Of a stretch of 64,000 nucleotides of DNA, positions 54,647-64,000 are shown one piece after another (the first letter of the stretch is position 1; the number at the start of each line of letters is the position of its first letter). Source of the DNA: Calditrichota bacterium (GTDB taxonomy: Bacteria > Zhuqueibacterota > Zhuqueibacteria > Zhuqueibacterales > Geothermadaptataceae); the NCBI GenBank assembly GCA_008501765.1, contig QQUE01000002.1:244336-308335 (forward strand). The letters are read 5' to 3'. Below the pieces are notes generated by a model. It did no database searches, was not told the DNA's origin, and saw nothing but the letters and a program-made list of their open reading frames with translations. The position numbers and the translations under genes are program-made.

Positions 54647-56086
54647 TTGTCCACAGGCAAAAAAAATACCGATGTGGTAGTAAATCAAAAGTTTAGAATT
54701 CGTGTTTTGATCATTGGCGCCGGCAGCACATCCGCACCGATGATCAAATTATTAATTAACGACCAGAGTATTTCTATTTCTGCTGTCGTTGATAAAGATG
54801 CCGGAGCTCCGGGAATTGCACTCGCCGAACAACTGGGAATCTCCACCTCGAAAAACTACCACGATTTTATCGAGGATAACAACCTCGATATGATTATTAA
54901 TATGGTGGAAAACCCGGCCCTGCACCAAAAATTAGCCAAAGAAAAACCGCTGCACACAATTCTTATCGGGCAATCCAGTGCAATGCTCATCTGGACAATG
55001 CTCGGTGAACATAAAAAGAAAAAAATTTTAAAAGACACTTTTCGCTCTACCTGGACAACGACACACGGGCAAATTGCCGGCGGGTTTATCATCGGACGGG
55101 GTGATAAAATGCAAGAAGTCGGCAGGCTTATTTCCCAGGTTTCGCCGACATCAACGGCTGTGTTTATCCGGGGTGAAAGCGGCACCGGCAAGGAACTTGT
55201 CGCTCGTATGGTGCATAAAAACAGTATTTTGCATGAATCCCATCTCATTACAGTAAACTGCACCGCGCTGAGCCCAACGCTCATTGAAAGTGAACTATTT
55301 GGCCATAAAAAAGGGGCGTTTACCGGAGCCCATTCAGACCACATCGGGTTATTCGAAAGGTCGCACAACGGCACCTTGTTTCTCGACGAAATAGGCGACA
55401 TGCCCTCAGCACTGCAGGCTAAACTACTGCGTTTTTTACAGTCCGGCGAAATCCGTCCAATTGGCGGCATTGAAGTCAAAAAAGTAAATGTCAGGATTAT
55501 CGCAGCAACCAATAGAGACCTGGAAGCAGCAATGGAAAAGGATGAATTTCGCATGGATCTGTTTTACAGACTAAATGCTTTCACAATTCATCTGCCCCCT
55601 TTGCGCGAAAGAAAAGAGGATATTCCACAACTGGCATATACTTTCTTAAAAAACGTCAAAGCAAAATTGAACAAATCCATTAGTAAAATATCCCTTGAAG
55701 CCATGTCAATTTTTGTGGAACACAATTGGCCGGGCAACATTCGTGAACTGCGAAATGTTGTTGAAAGAGCGGCTGTGCTGACATCTTCATATGAAATTAA
55801 AGCACGGCATCTGCCACTTTATCTACAACCGCAACATAGCTCAGAGAGCAGCAGGGCAATACCCAAAAACTTAAATGAAGGATTCATGGCTTTGAAAGCC
55901 AAAGCGATAAACACATTCGAATACGAGGTTGTCTCGAAATATCTGTTAGAAAACGGTGGCAATGTTTCCCGCGCAGCCTCAGCTGCACGCGTACCGCGCC
56001 GCACATTTCAACGGCTGATGTCAAAGCATAAAATTAACACCGACACTTTTAAAGCCGGGGAGTCTTCACAACAGAAAAGGGAATAA
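54647..56086 (+). CDS. Sigma-54-dependent transcriptional activator with atypical N-terminal Rossmann-like domain
   Basis: N-terminal ~130 aa (RVLIIGAGSTSAPMIKLL…AVVDKDAGAPGIALAEQLGI…) looks like an NAD(P)-binding/dehydrogenase-like N-terminal fold rather than REC, GAF or PAS. Then GESGTGKELVARMVH, GAFTGA and ESELFGH motifs of the sigma-54 AAA+ domain. C-terminal HTH. Confidence 0.85.
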   Translation: MSTGKKNTDVVVNQKFRIRVLIIGAGSTSAPMIKLLINDQSISISAVVDKDAGAPGIALAEQLGISTSKNYHDFIEDNNLDMIINMVENPALHQKLAKEKPLHTILIGQSSAMLIWTMLGEHKKKKILKDTFRSTWTTTHGQIAGGFIIGRGDKMQEVGRLISQVSPTSTAVFIRGESGTGKELVARMVHKNSILHESHLITVNCTALSPTLIESELFGHKKGAFTGAHSDHIGLFERSHNGTLFLDEIGDMPSALQAKLLRFLQSGEIRPIGGIEVKKVNVRIIAATNRDLEAAMEKDEFRMDLFYRLNAFTIHLPPLRERKEDIPQLAYTFLKNVKAKLNKSISKISLEAMSIFVEHNWPGNIRELRNVVERAAVLTSSYEIKARHLPLYLQPQHSSESSRAIPKNLNEGFMALKAKAINTFEYEVVSKYLLENGGNVSRAASAARVPRRTFQRLMSKHKINTDTFKAGESSQQKRE

Positions 56087-56261
56087 CATTTTAATATATT
56101 TCATTCGCAAGCTTACTCTTCCTTTTCTCATCAAACCTGGAAAAGCAATCAACTACACATCTATAATCAACTCCGGTTAATATATTTCAAATCCCACCCC
56201 GTCGTGTTTTTCAGAATCTGCTAATAGCTTAAAATTCTACTTTTCACTTCTTTCATGTGCA

Positions 56262-56420
56262 TGCGACATTTTCATCGCACAAGTGTGTGGCAAAAATGTC
56301 GCACACTAAAAACATTTGCGTAACATTAATATAATAAGCGACTTATTTTTGCGCGTTTCCATTCCCAACCGTCCGTTTTTTGAATAAAAGCAGAATTATT
56401 ACAGCGGCAAAAATGTCGCA
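56262..56420 (+). promoter_or_regulatory. Three copies of AAAATGTCGCAC-containing motif: an inverted pair (candidate enhancer/UAS) plus a GG-N10-GC sigma-54-like element
   Basis: 56262-56280 TGCGACATTTTCATCGCAC (inverted). 56284-56306 TGTGTGGCAAAAATGTCGCACAC (TGGCA…GC with N10 spacing). 56405-56420 CGGCAAAAATGTCGCA (GG-N10-GC), ~115 bp further downstream. Confidence 0.45.
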
Positions 56421-56849
56421 CCCCGATTTAGCCTATCTAATATTAAAAATAGTAAAACAGTCAATATATTTTGTTTTTTAGTGGTTTACGATGAATCTAT
56501 TGCAACACTTTATTAAAATCGATAATAAAAATTATTGGCATAGCTTTAGCATTAGAATAAGCCCATACGATCTATGCATTGATCGACTGTGCGAAACACG
56601 ACTCGGAATTATAAACAGGTTTTACAAGACTCACCTAATCGGAGGAGAAAATTGATGTTTATATTATCCGGATTCATATAACACCCCCGAGAAAAGTCGA
56701 ATACAAGTAGCCTCACCTCGCATCGCATCCGCGGCAAACATCTTTCAATATCCGAAACTTGACTACAGCTACGATAAATTAGAAATTAAAACATGCAGAA
56801 TTCGTTTAATACGGCAAACTTAATTCTATCCTGCCTGAGGAGGAACACG

Positions 56850-58025
56850 ATGAAAAAGTTTCTGTTTTACTCTATTTTATGTGCTTTATTTTCAATAACA
56901 GCGCTGCAAGCCCAGGGGAACTATGGCATCAATTTTTCAGGATTTGTTAAATCAGACAACATGTTTGACTCCCGGCAGACGGTTGCTGCACGGGAAGGGC
57001 ATTTTGTATTGTATCCTGCTGCGGAAGATTTAGATGAAAATAATGACGATATTAATGCACAACCGCATTTCAATATGTTAGCCATTCAGACGCGTTTAAC
57101 AGGTAAAATTTCAGCACCGGATGCTTTTGGCGCCAAAGTTTCAGGTGTCATTGAAGGTGCATTTTTTGGGCATACGAACGATGATATCAACGGCTTCCGG
57201 CTCCGCCATGCAATGATGCAAATGACCTGGGACAAATCAACTCTAACTTTTGGCCAAACCTGGCACCCTCTTTTCGTGACAGCTTGTTTTCCAGGTGTTG
57301 TTTCGTTTAATACCGGTGTTCCCTTGCAGCCGTTTTCCCGAAATCCGCAAATCCGCTTGACCCAATCGTTGAACAATAAAACCAAACTTATATTAGCTGC
57401 CATGTCACAACGAGATTTCGCCAGTACAGGCGGCAGCACTTCTTTACGGAATGCAGTTATTCCTAATTTACACGCACAACTTCAGCTCAGCAATAACGGA
57501 AATGTATTTGGCGCAGGTGTAGATTATAAAATTCTCCGCCCTGTTTTGGCCGTGGATGAAACCGTCGCAGGCATGAGTTTCCTTGCCTACACAAAATTAG
57601 ATGTTTCCGGAACGACGGTAAAAGTGTACGGCATCGTAGGGCAAAACCTGACCGATCACTTAATGCTGGGTGGTTACGCATTTAAGGCGACAGCTGCCGA
57701 GTACACAACGGTTAACAATATGTCCGTATGGGGCGAACTTATCCGCGGCAAAAAACGCCAGGTTGGTCTCTTTGCTGGTTATACGAAAAATCAGGGAGCA
57801 TCCGATCCTGTCATCTCCAGCACGGTCAGCGCACGCGGAAGCAATATCGACAATGTTCTTCGCGTCTCCCCACGCATTGTTTGGAATTCAGGTAAAGCCC
57901 GATTTGCTCTTGAAGGTGAATATACCGCAGCAGCCTATGGTACAGCAGATAATGAACTTAAAGTTGAAGACACAACAACGGTATCCAATTTCCGCGTTCT
58001 TTTTGCAACTTATCTGTTCTTTTAA
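56850..58025 (+). CDS. Putative outer-membrane beta-barrel porin
   Basis: Signal peptide MKKFLFYSILCALFSITALQAQG. Alternating amphipathic beta-strand pattern. C-terminal …ATYLFF (terminal Phe typical of OMPs). First gene downstream of the sigma-54 elements. Confidence 0.5.
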   Translation: MKKFLFYSILCALFSITALQAQGNYGINFSGFVKSDNMFDSRQTVAAREGHFVLYPAAEDLDENNDDINAQPHFNMLAIQTRLTGKISAPDAFGAKVSGVIEGAFFGHTNDDINGFRLRHAMMQMTWDKSTLTFGQTWHPLFVTACFPGVVSFNTGVPLQPFSRNPQIRLTQSLNNKTKLILAAMSQRDFASTGGSTSLRNAVIPNLHAQLQLSNNGNVFGAGVDYKILRPVLAVDETVAGMSFLAYTKLDVSGTTVKVYGIVGQNLTDHLMLGGYAFKATAAEYTTVNNMSVWGELIRGKKRQVGLFAGYTKNQGASDPVISSTVSARGSNIDNVLRVSPRIVWNSGKARFALEGEYTAAAYGTADNELKVEDTTTVSNFRVLFATYLFF

Positions 58026-58090
58026 GTGAGTTCGTTATCCGGTGAGAAAATCAAATTTTTTATCTCATATTTAATTTAACGGAGGAATTT

Positions 58091-58351
58091 ATGGCGACTA
58101 AAGAGAACCTGGCGGCTTACTGGAAAACCAATCTCAAGTATTTAAGTATTTTACTGTCGATTTGGTTTATCGTAAGCTATGGGTGTGGAATTCTATTTGT
58201 GGATGCCCTCGACACTATTCCACTCTTTGGATTTAAACTGGGATTTTGGTTTGCACAACAAGGCTCAGAAATCATCTTTGTTATTTTGATATTCGTCTAT
58301 GTGAATTGGATGAATAAATTGGATCAAAAATATGGTGTAGCAGAAGATTAA
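58091..58351 (+). CDS. DUF4212 small membrane protein (putative small subunit of a sodium:solute symporter)
   Basis: 86 aa with two TM helices, immediately upstream of an SSS-family transporter. This is the conserved DUF4212-SSS pairing. Confidence 0.7.
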   Translation: MATKENLAAYWKTNLKYLSILLSIWFIVSYGCGILFVDALDTIPLFGFKLGFWFAQQGSEIIFVILIFVYVNWMNKLDQKYGVAED

Positions 58352-58392
58352 TTCTAAAAACGATTTTTTCCACTCTTAACGGAGGATATATA

Positions 58393-60087
58393 ATGAGTAT
58401 TTTAATGTGGACTTGGATCATCGTTGGTTTGACTTTTGCGCTCTACATCGGTATTGCGATCTGGTCGAGAGCGAGTTCCACGGGAGAGTTTTATGTAGCA
58501 TCAAAACAGGTTCATCCCATTGCAAACGGTATGGCCACCGGTGCAGACTGGATGTCAGCGGCATCTTTCATTTCAATGGCCGGGCTCATTTCATTTATTG
58601 GAAGGGATGGCGCCGTTTATCTTATGGGTTGGACAGGAGGCTACGTGCTTCTTGCACTTTTGCTGGCACCCTATCTACGAAAATTCGGGAAATACACAGT
58701 CCCGGAATTTGTCGGTGAGCGTTATTATTCCGATGTGGCACGAATTGTCGCTGTTATTTGTGCTATTTTTGTTTCGTTTACATACGTTGCCGGACAGATG
58801 CGTGGCGTTGGTATCGTTTTCTCGCGCTTCCTCGAAGTTGATATAACTTCGGGGGTAATAATCGGTGTCGGTATCGTTTTCTTTTATGCGGTTTTGGGTG
58901 GAATGAAAGGCATCACCTACACTCAGGTGGCGCAATACTGTGTTTTAATTGTCGCTTATCTCATTCCAGCAATTTTTATTTCGATTCTCGTTACCGGTAA
59001 TCCAATCCCGCAACTGGGTTTTGGAAGTACCGAAAGCGCGACTGGAACATATTTATTGGATAAACTGGATAATTTGCATGAAGCACTGGGTTTTGCCGCT
59101 TATACTGCAGGCACAAAATCAACGATTGATGTCTTTTTTATCACTGCAGCGTTGATGGTGGGAACAGCAGGCCTGCCGCACGTTATCATTCGATTTTTCA
59201 CGGTTCCCAAAGTAGCCGACGCTCGTAAATCAGCAGGATGGGCCTTGTTTTTCATCGCAATTCTTTATACGACTGCACCTGCCGTTGCTGCTTTTGCCCG
59301 CACAAATATGATCACAACCCTCAATGACAAACCCTATGCCAGCGCCCCAAGCTGGTTTAAAAACTGGGAAGAAACAAAACTAATCGCCTGGACCGATAAA
59401 AATGACGATGGTATTATGCAATTGCGTGGAAAAAATGCGCCAGACGGTTTGGAAAATGAATTAAAAGTTGATCGCGATATTATGGTTTTAGCGAATCCTG
59501 AAATTGCACAATTGCCAAATTGGGTCGTTGCCCTGGTGGCCGCAGGCGGATTAGCTGCTGCGCTCTCAACAGCTGCGGGACTTCTGCTGGTTATTTCGAC
59601 CTCTGTGTCGCACGATTTGTTGAAGAGTGTGATGATGCGCGATATGGATGAGAAAAAGGAGCTTGTTGCAGCGCGCATCGCAGCAGGATTTGCGGTAGCA
59701 ATCGCCGGTTATTTTGGTATTAATCCGCCCGGCTTTGTGGCGCAGGTAGTCGCCTTCGCATTTGGACTGGCAGCTTCCTCCTTCTTCCCGATTATTATTT
59801 TAGGAATCTTCTCCAAAAAAGTGAACAAAGAGGGCGCCATCGCCGGTATGTTAAGTGGAATTATTTTTACCGCAGCCTACATTATCTACTTTAAATTTGT
59901 GAATCCAGGTGCGAACAATCCATCAAATTGGTGGTTTGGCATTTCTCCAGAGGGCATTGGTACACTGGGCATGTTGTTGAATTTTATTGTGACTTTAGTC
60001 GTGACAAAATTCACACCCGCCCCACCGGAACATATTCAGCATTTGGTTGAAAATGTACGTGTACCGAAAGAATTGGAAGCATCATAA
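58393..60087 (+). CDS. Sodium:solute symporter family (SSF/SSS) transporter, acetate/monocarboxylate permease (ActP-like)
   Basis: 564 aa with ~13 TM helices and SSS signature regions (…GLPHVIIRFFTV…; AAGGLAAALSTAAGLLLV). Genomic context with DUF4212, acs and prpE. Confidence 0.88.
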   Translation: MSILMWTWIIVGLTFALYIGIAIWSRASSTGEFYVASKQVHPIANGMATGADWMSAASFISMAGLISFIGRDGAVYLMGWTGGYVLLALLLAPYLRKFGKYTVPEFVGERYYSDVARIVAVICAIFVSFTYVAGQMRGVGIVFSRFLEVDITSGVIIGVGIVFFYAVLGGMKGITYTQVAQYCVLIVAYLIPAIFISILVTGNPIPQLGFGSTESATGTYLLDKLDNLHEALGFAAYTAGTKSTIDVFFITAALMVGTAGLPHVIIRFFTVPKVADARKSAGWALFFIAILYTTAPAVAAFARTNMITTLNDKPYASAPSWFKNWEETKLIAWTDKNDDGIMQLRGKNAPDGLENELKVDRDIMVLANPEIAQLPNWVVALVAAGGLAAALSTAAGLLLVISTSVSHDLLKSVMMRDMDEKKELVAARIAAGFAVAIAGYFGINPPGFVAQVVAFAFGLAASSFFPIIILGIFSKKVNKEGAIAGMLSGIIFTAAYIIYFKFVNPGANNPSNWWFGISPEGIGTLGMLLNFIVTLVVTKFTPAPPEHIQHLVENVRVPKELEAS

Positions 60088-60103
60088 TTGTATGTAGCTG
60101 AGA

Positions 60104-60136
60104 AAACACCCTGTCAATTCGGCGGGGTGTTTTTGA
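60104..60136 (+). terminator. Putative terminator after symporter gene
   Basis: AACACCCTG-tcaattcgg-CGGGGTGTT followed by TTTTT. Confidence 0.5.
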
Positions 60137-60172
60137 GAGAAAACGGATCTATTCTCCCCTCTTGGGATCATA

Positions 60173-60377
60173 GGCGTCAAGTTAAGGAATTCAAAATGTG
60201 GACAACAGCTTTTTTTGACTCTAATCACGGACATCCCCCTCAATCCCCCTTCAAAGGGGGACTTAAAAAATCTCCCTTTGAAGGGAGACAGGTTTGTGCT
60301 CGTCCAGAGAACAAACCAGAGGGATGTTTACAGCGAACTGCGAGTTATCCACAATCTCAGTTTCTTAACTTGACGCG
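60173..60377. other. ~205-bp hairpin-rich element bounded by 13-16-bp inverted repeats (GCGTCAAGTTAAG), upstream of acs
   Basis: Left GGCGTCAAGTTAAGGAA (60173-60189) and right TTTCTTAACTTGACGCG (60361-60377) are inverted repeats. Internal hairpins: CCCCCT-tcaa-AGGGGG; TCTCCCT-ttga-AGGGAGA; GGTTTGT-…-ACAAACC. The overlapping 114-aa ORF looks non-coding. Confidence 0.4.
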
Positions 60378-60470
60378 CATGCTCTTGGGATGGGAATTCC
60401 AAGCGTTGAAACAAAGTATATGTAATTATTAAACATAGAATAATACAAAAATAAACCGCAGGAGTACAGT

Positions 60471-62408
60471 ATGAGTTCGGTTGCTCCATTCAAACCAGCC
60501 GCGAATTTTGCTAAAAAAGCGCATATCAACACGCAGGCAGAATATCAGAAATTATACGAATCATCGATAAATGAACCGGAAAACTTTTGGGCAGAGATGG
60601 CTGAGGAACTTCATTGGTTTAAAAAATGGGACAAAGTTGTTGAATACGATTTCCGAAAGGGTGAAATCAAATGGTTTATTGGTGGCAAACTCAACGTGAG
60701 CTATAATTGTCTTGATCGTCACGTTCTTGCCGGAAATGGAAATAAGACCGCATTACTTTGGGAAGGAAATGATCCGGCTGAATCAAAATCATATTCCTAC
60801 AGCGAGCTGCTTTCCGAAGTTCAAAAATGTGCTAATGTGCTCAAATCCAACGGAATAAAAAAAGGCGACCGGGTGTGCATTTACATGCAGATGATTCCCG
60901 AATTAGCCATAGCGATGTTAGCCTGCACACGTATTGGCGCTGTCCATTCCATTGTCTTCGGCGCTTTTAGCAGCGATTCGTTACGCGACCGGATTAATGA
61001 CTCTGCCTGTAAAATGCTCATCACTCAGGATTCCGGTGTGCGCGGTGTCAAACAAGACATCCCGATGAAAGTTAACGCCGATACTGCGGCTGCGGAATGT
61101 CCTTCCATCGAAAAAATTCTCACAGTAAGACGCACGGGACTTGAAGTTAACATGAAAAGTGGACGAGACATTTACTGGCACGAAGAAATGGACGCGGCTG
61201 ACGCAGAATGCCCCGTAGAAGAAATGGACGCGGAAGATCCCCTGTACATTTTATACACTTCGGGATCCACTGGCAAACCTAAGGGGGTTTTGCACACAAC
61301 CGGTGGCTATCTTGTTTACACTTCGCTCACTCATAAATATGTTTTTGATTACCACGAAGGCGATATCTATTGGTGCACCGCCGACATCGGCTGGGTAACC
61401 GGGCATTCTTACATAGTTTACGGTCCTTTAGCCAACCGCGCTATCACTATGATGTACGAAGGTGTTCCCAATTATCCCGATTATGGTAGATTTTGGAAAA
61501 TCGTTGAAAAACATAAAGTTAATATATTGTACACTGCGCCAACAGCTATTCGAGCGCTGATGAAGGAAGGAACGTCCTGGCCGGAAAAATATGATTTGTC
61601 TTCGCTGCAACTGCTTGGCACTGTGGGCGAGCCAATAAAAGAAGCGGACTGGACCTGGTACAACGAAGTGATCGGAAAAAAACGTTGCCCCATCGTGGAT
61701 ACCTGGTGGCAAACGGAAACCGGCGGCATTTTGATCACCCCGCTTCCGGGTGTGACAGCAACCAAACCAGGCTCCGCAACGATCCCCTTTTTCGGTGTAC
61801 TACCGGTTATTCTTGACGAACAAGGAAACGAACTGGAAGGTGCCGCGCAAGGATATTTGGCTATAAAGGCAGCCTGGCCAAGTTTAATGCGCACAGTTTA
61901 TGGCGATCATGACCGCTTTATCCAAACATATTTTGCGCGCTTTCCAGGTTATTATTTCACCGGAGATGGCGCACGCCGTGATGAAGATGGTTACTACTGG
62001 ATTACCGGCCGTGTCGATGATGTATTAAATATTTCCGGGCACCGCATCGGGACAGCAGAAGTAGAAGGAGCGATCGGCCGGACAGATGGCGTCGCAGAAG
62101 CGGCTGTTGTTGGTTTCCCACATGATATTAAAGGGCAGGGAATTTATGCCTTCGTAACTATGATGACAGGCGTAGATGCGGATGATACAACAATTACGGC
62201 CATTGAAAATACGGTGAGAAAACTGATTGGTCCGCACGCGAAGCCCGATAAAATTCAATTCACACCAGCCCTTCCAAAAACACGATCTGGCAAGATTATG
62301 CGCCGGATATTACGGAAAATTGCAGAAGGGAATGTGGATCAACTCGGAGATATTTCAACATTGGCTGATCCCGGCGTTGTCACAAACCTGGTTGATCAGC
62401 GGCAATAA
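60471..62408 (+). CDS. acs: Acetyl-coenzyme A synthetase (AMP-forming)
   Basis: 645 aa. …[32 protein letters not shown]…, [11 protein letters not shown] (AMP-binding motif) and …WWQTETGG… are all canonical Acs signatures. Confidence 0.95.
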   Translation: MSSVAPFKPAANFAKKAHINTQAEYQKLYESSINEPENFWAEMAEELHWFKKWDKVVEYDFRKGEIKWFIGGKLNVSYNCLDRHVLAGNGNKTALLWEGNDPAESKSYSYSELLSEVQKCANVLKSNGIKKGDRVCIYMQMIPELAIAMLACTRIGAVHSIVFGAFSSDSLRDRINDSACKMLITQDSGVRGVKQDIPMKVNADTAAAECPSIEKILTVRRTGLEVNMKSGRDIYWHEEMDAADAECPVEEMDAEDPLYILYTSGSTGKPKGVLHTTGGYLVYTSLTHKYVFDYHEGDIYWCTADIGWVTGHSYIVYGPLANRAITMMYEGVPNYPDYGRFWKIVEKHKVNILYTAPTAIRALMKEGTSWPEKYDLSSLQLLGTVGEPIKEADWTWYNEVIGKKRCPIVDTWWQTETGGILITPLPGVTATKPGSATIPFFGVLPVILDEQGNELEGAAQGYLAIKAAWPSLMRTVYGDHDRFIQTYFARFPGYYFTGDGARRDEDGYYWITGRVDDVLNISGHRIGTAEVEGAIGRTDGVAEAAVVGFPHDIKGQGIYAFVTMMTGVDADDTTITAIENTVRKLIGPHAKPDKIQFTPALPKTRSGKIMRRILRKIAEGNVDQLGDISTLADPGVVTNLVDQRQ

Positions 62409-62624
62409 AATCATTATTTTTGGATGAGCGCATATTGATGACTTTTTGGAACCTATCAATCCAGGTTTCAATAAATAAGGTGTAACTGTTATTCCCGGGA
62501 TTGACAACTTTGTGACTAACTATGAAATTATTATTAGACAGGATTAACGGGACGGCCCGAATAATTAAAAAAATCCAGTGAATCCCGTCTTGTCAAAATC
62601 GTGTTCCATTTGAGAGGGCAATTC

Positions 62625-64000
62625 ATGAATTACAGAGATCACTACGCACAATTTTTGGCTTCTCCAGAAAAATTTTGGGCGGATCAGGCTGACAGGATCG
62701 CCTGGTTTGAAAGCCCGCAAAAAATATTATCGCAGAACCAAAGAGGGCATTACCGCTGGTTTGAGGGAGGAAAGCTAAATACCTGCTACCTTTGTACGGA
62801 TTATCACATAGAAAATGGCCGCGGAGAACAGGTCGCCCTCATCTATGATTCTCCCGTAACCGGGAATGTAAAAAAACTCACATACACAGAACTCCGTGAC
62901 CAGACCGCATTATTTGCAGGTGTATTAGCAGGTCTCGGTGTAACGAAAGGTGATCGTGTTATTATCTACATGCCGATGGTGCCTGAGGCAGTTATCGCCA
63001 TGCTCGCCTGTGCCCGGCTCGGAGCGATTCACTCGGTGGTTTTCGGCGGTTTTGCTTCCCATGAATTAGCCATCCGCATTGATGATGCCCAACCGAAAGT
63101 TGTGGTCTCGGCAAGTTGTGGGATCGAAATCAACCGTAAAATCCCCTACAAACCGTTGCTTGATGAAGCCATTAAGCTGGCGAAATACAAACCGGAACAT
63201 TGTGTTATTTTAAACCGCCCCGAACTCGAAGTCGAAAATATGACAAACCGGGATCATGACTGGGTGCAGGCTATTCGCCATGCCACCGCGGCTGATTTTG
63301 TGCCTGTTGATGCCACAGACCCTCTCTACATTTTATATACCTCCGGAACAACTGGCCTTCCAAAAGGTATAGTCCGGGATAATGGTGGTCACGCTGTAGC
63401 GCTAAAATACAGCATGGATGCGATTTACAACACAAAACCGGGCGAAGTCTACTGGGCCGCTTCGGATGTAGGCTGGGTTGTTGGCCATTCTTACATCGTT
63501 TACGCGCCATTGCTCACCGGCTGTACGACGATTTTGTTTGAAGGAAAACCAGTTAAAACTCCGGATGCCGGAAAATTCTGGCATGTAATTGCGGAACACA
63601 AAGTGAAAACATTTTTCACTGCCCCGACGGCATTTCGCGCCATCCGCAAGGAAGATCCGCAAGGCAAATTGAAGGATGACTACGATATTTCCAGTCTACG
63701 CTGCCTGTTTTTGGCTGGTGAGCGCACCGATCCGCCAACTTTAAACTGGCTGCAGGATTTGCTTAAAATCCCGGTGATCGACCACTGGTGGCAAACGGAG
63801 ACTGGCTGGCCGATGGTGGCAAATATGATGGGCGTCGAGGAATTGCCGGTCAAAGCAGGCTCAGCATCTGTCCCTGTTTGCGGGTACGACGTGCGAGTTC
63901 TCGATCCCGGCGGCAAAGAAGTTGGCCCGGGTGAAGAAGGACAAATCGTTGTAAAATTGCCACTGCCCCCCGGGTGCCTGCCAAGCTTGTATAACGATGA
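62625..64000 (+). CDS. prpE: Propionate--CoA ligase / acyl-CoA synthetase PrpE-like (partial, runs off window end)
   Basis: ATG at 62625. Close to PrpE throughout (…RVIIYMPMVPEAVIAMLACARLGAIHSVVFGGFASHELAIRIDDAQPKVVVSAS…YTSGTTGLPKG…SDVGWVVGHSYIVYAPLLTG…HWWQTETGWP…). No stop codon within the window. Confidence 0.85.
   Translation, partial: MNYRDHYAQFLASPEKFWADQADRIAWFESPQKILSQNQRGHYRWFEGGKLNTCYLCTDYHIENGRGEQVALIYDSPVTGNVKKLTYTELRDQTALFAGVLAGLGVTKGDRVIIYMPMVPEAVIAMLACARLGAIHSVVFGGFASHELAIRIDDAQPKVVVSASCGIEINRKIPYKPLLDEAIKLAKYKPEHCVILNRPELEVENMTNRDHDWVQAIRHATAADFVPVDATDPLYILYTSGTTGLPKGIVRDNGGHAVALKYSMDAIYNTKPGEVYWAASDVGWVVGHSYIVYAPLLTGCTTILFEGKPVKTPDAGKFWHVIAEHKVKTFFTAPTAFRAIRKEDPQGKLKDDYDISSLRCLFLAGERTDPPTLNWLQDLLKIPVIDHWWQTETGWPMVANMMGVEELPVKAGSASVPVCGYDVRVLDPGGKEVGPGEEGQIVVKLPLPPGCLPSLYND

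Noticed and set aside
60088-60432. 114-aa ORF between the symporter and acs
   Set aside because: It overlaps a terminator and a palindrome-rich element. It has Pro/Gly-rich low-complexity translation and no RBS. It is treated as non-coding.

Overview
This 64-kb window looks like a chromosomal segment from a low-to-moderate-GC bacterium, probably of the FCB group (Bacteroidota, Ignavibacteria or Calditrichota-like). That guess rests on a type-3 ProRS, a T9SS C-terminal sorting domain, a TonB-dependent receptor with a CarboxypepD_reg N-terminus followed by DUF4249, and a DUF3810 protein; the taxonomic call is inference. No rRNA genes or CRISPR arrays are present, and I recognised no tRNA.

Housekeeping genes include proS, era, a GlgP-like alpha-glucan phosphorylase, rpmB, rpmG, a Trm112-like gene, fabI, an SDR reductase, acs and a partial prpE.

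The most unusual locus is at 43.7-47.5 kb. A minus-strand TIR-NB-ARC-TPR STAND NTPase gene (a defence-like architecture) is followed in its 3' flank by a ~1.1-kb tandem array of about seven ~165-bp units. Each unit is a variant copy of the gene's last ~24 codons plus its stop codon and two 3'-UTR hairpins, so the array resembles a bank of alternative C-terminal/terminator cassettes. The gene also contains 126-bp near-identical TPR-coding repeats. A ~267-bp MITE-like element with imperfect terminal inverted repeats and an 8-bp target-site duplication sits 25 bp upstream of its start codon. A second, inverted copy of that MITE (with a perfect 8-bp TSD) lies 42 kb away.

Other features: a PspF-like sigma-54 activator, then a textbook -24/-12 promoter, then pspA, an NfeD-like gene and a flotillin (a membrane-stress module). 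A second sigma-54 activator with an atypical Rossmann-like N-terminal domain sits upstream of a porin, DUF4212, an SSS acetate-type symporter, acs and prpE; that intergenic region carries a thrice-repeated AAAATGTCGCAC motif. A Cd/Zn-type P1B-ATPase is paired with an ArsR/SmtB repressor and a perfect 10-8-10 palindromic operator. An M43 metalloprotease is separated from a T9SS sorting domain by a C7/T6 homopolymer frameshift. An ~83-bp segment of the 3' end of a MATE gene is tandemly duplicated with a 113-bp period. Several strong intergenic hairpin elements are also present.

All calls are from reading the sequence and ORF translations. No database searches were run.
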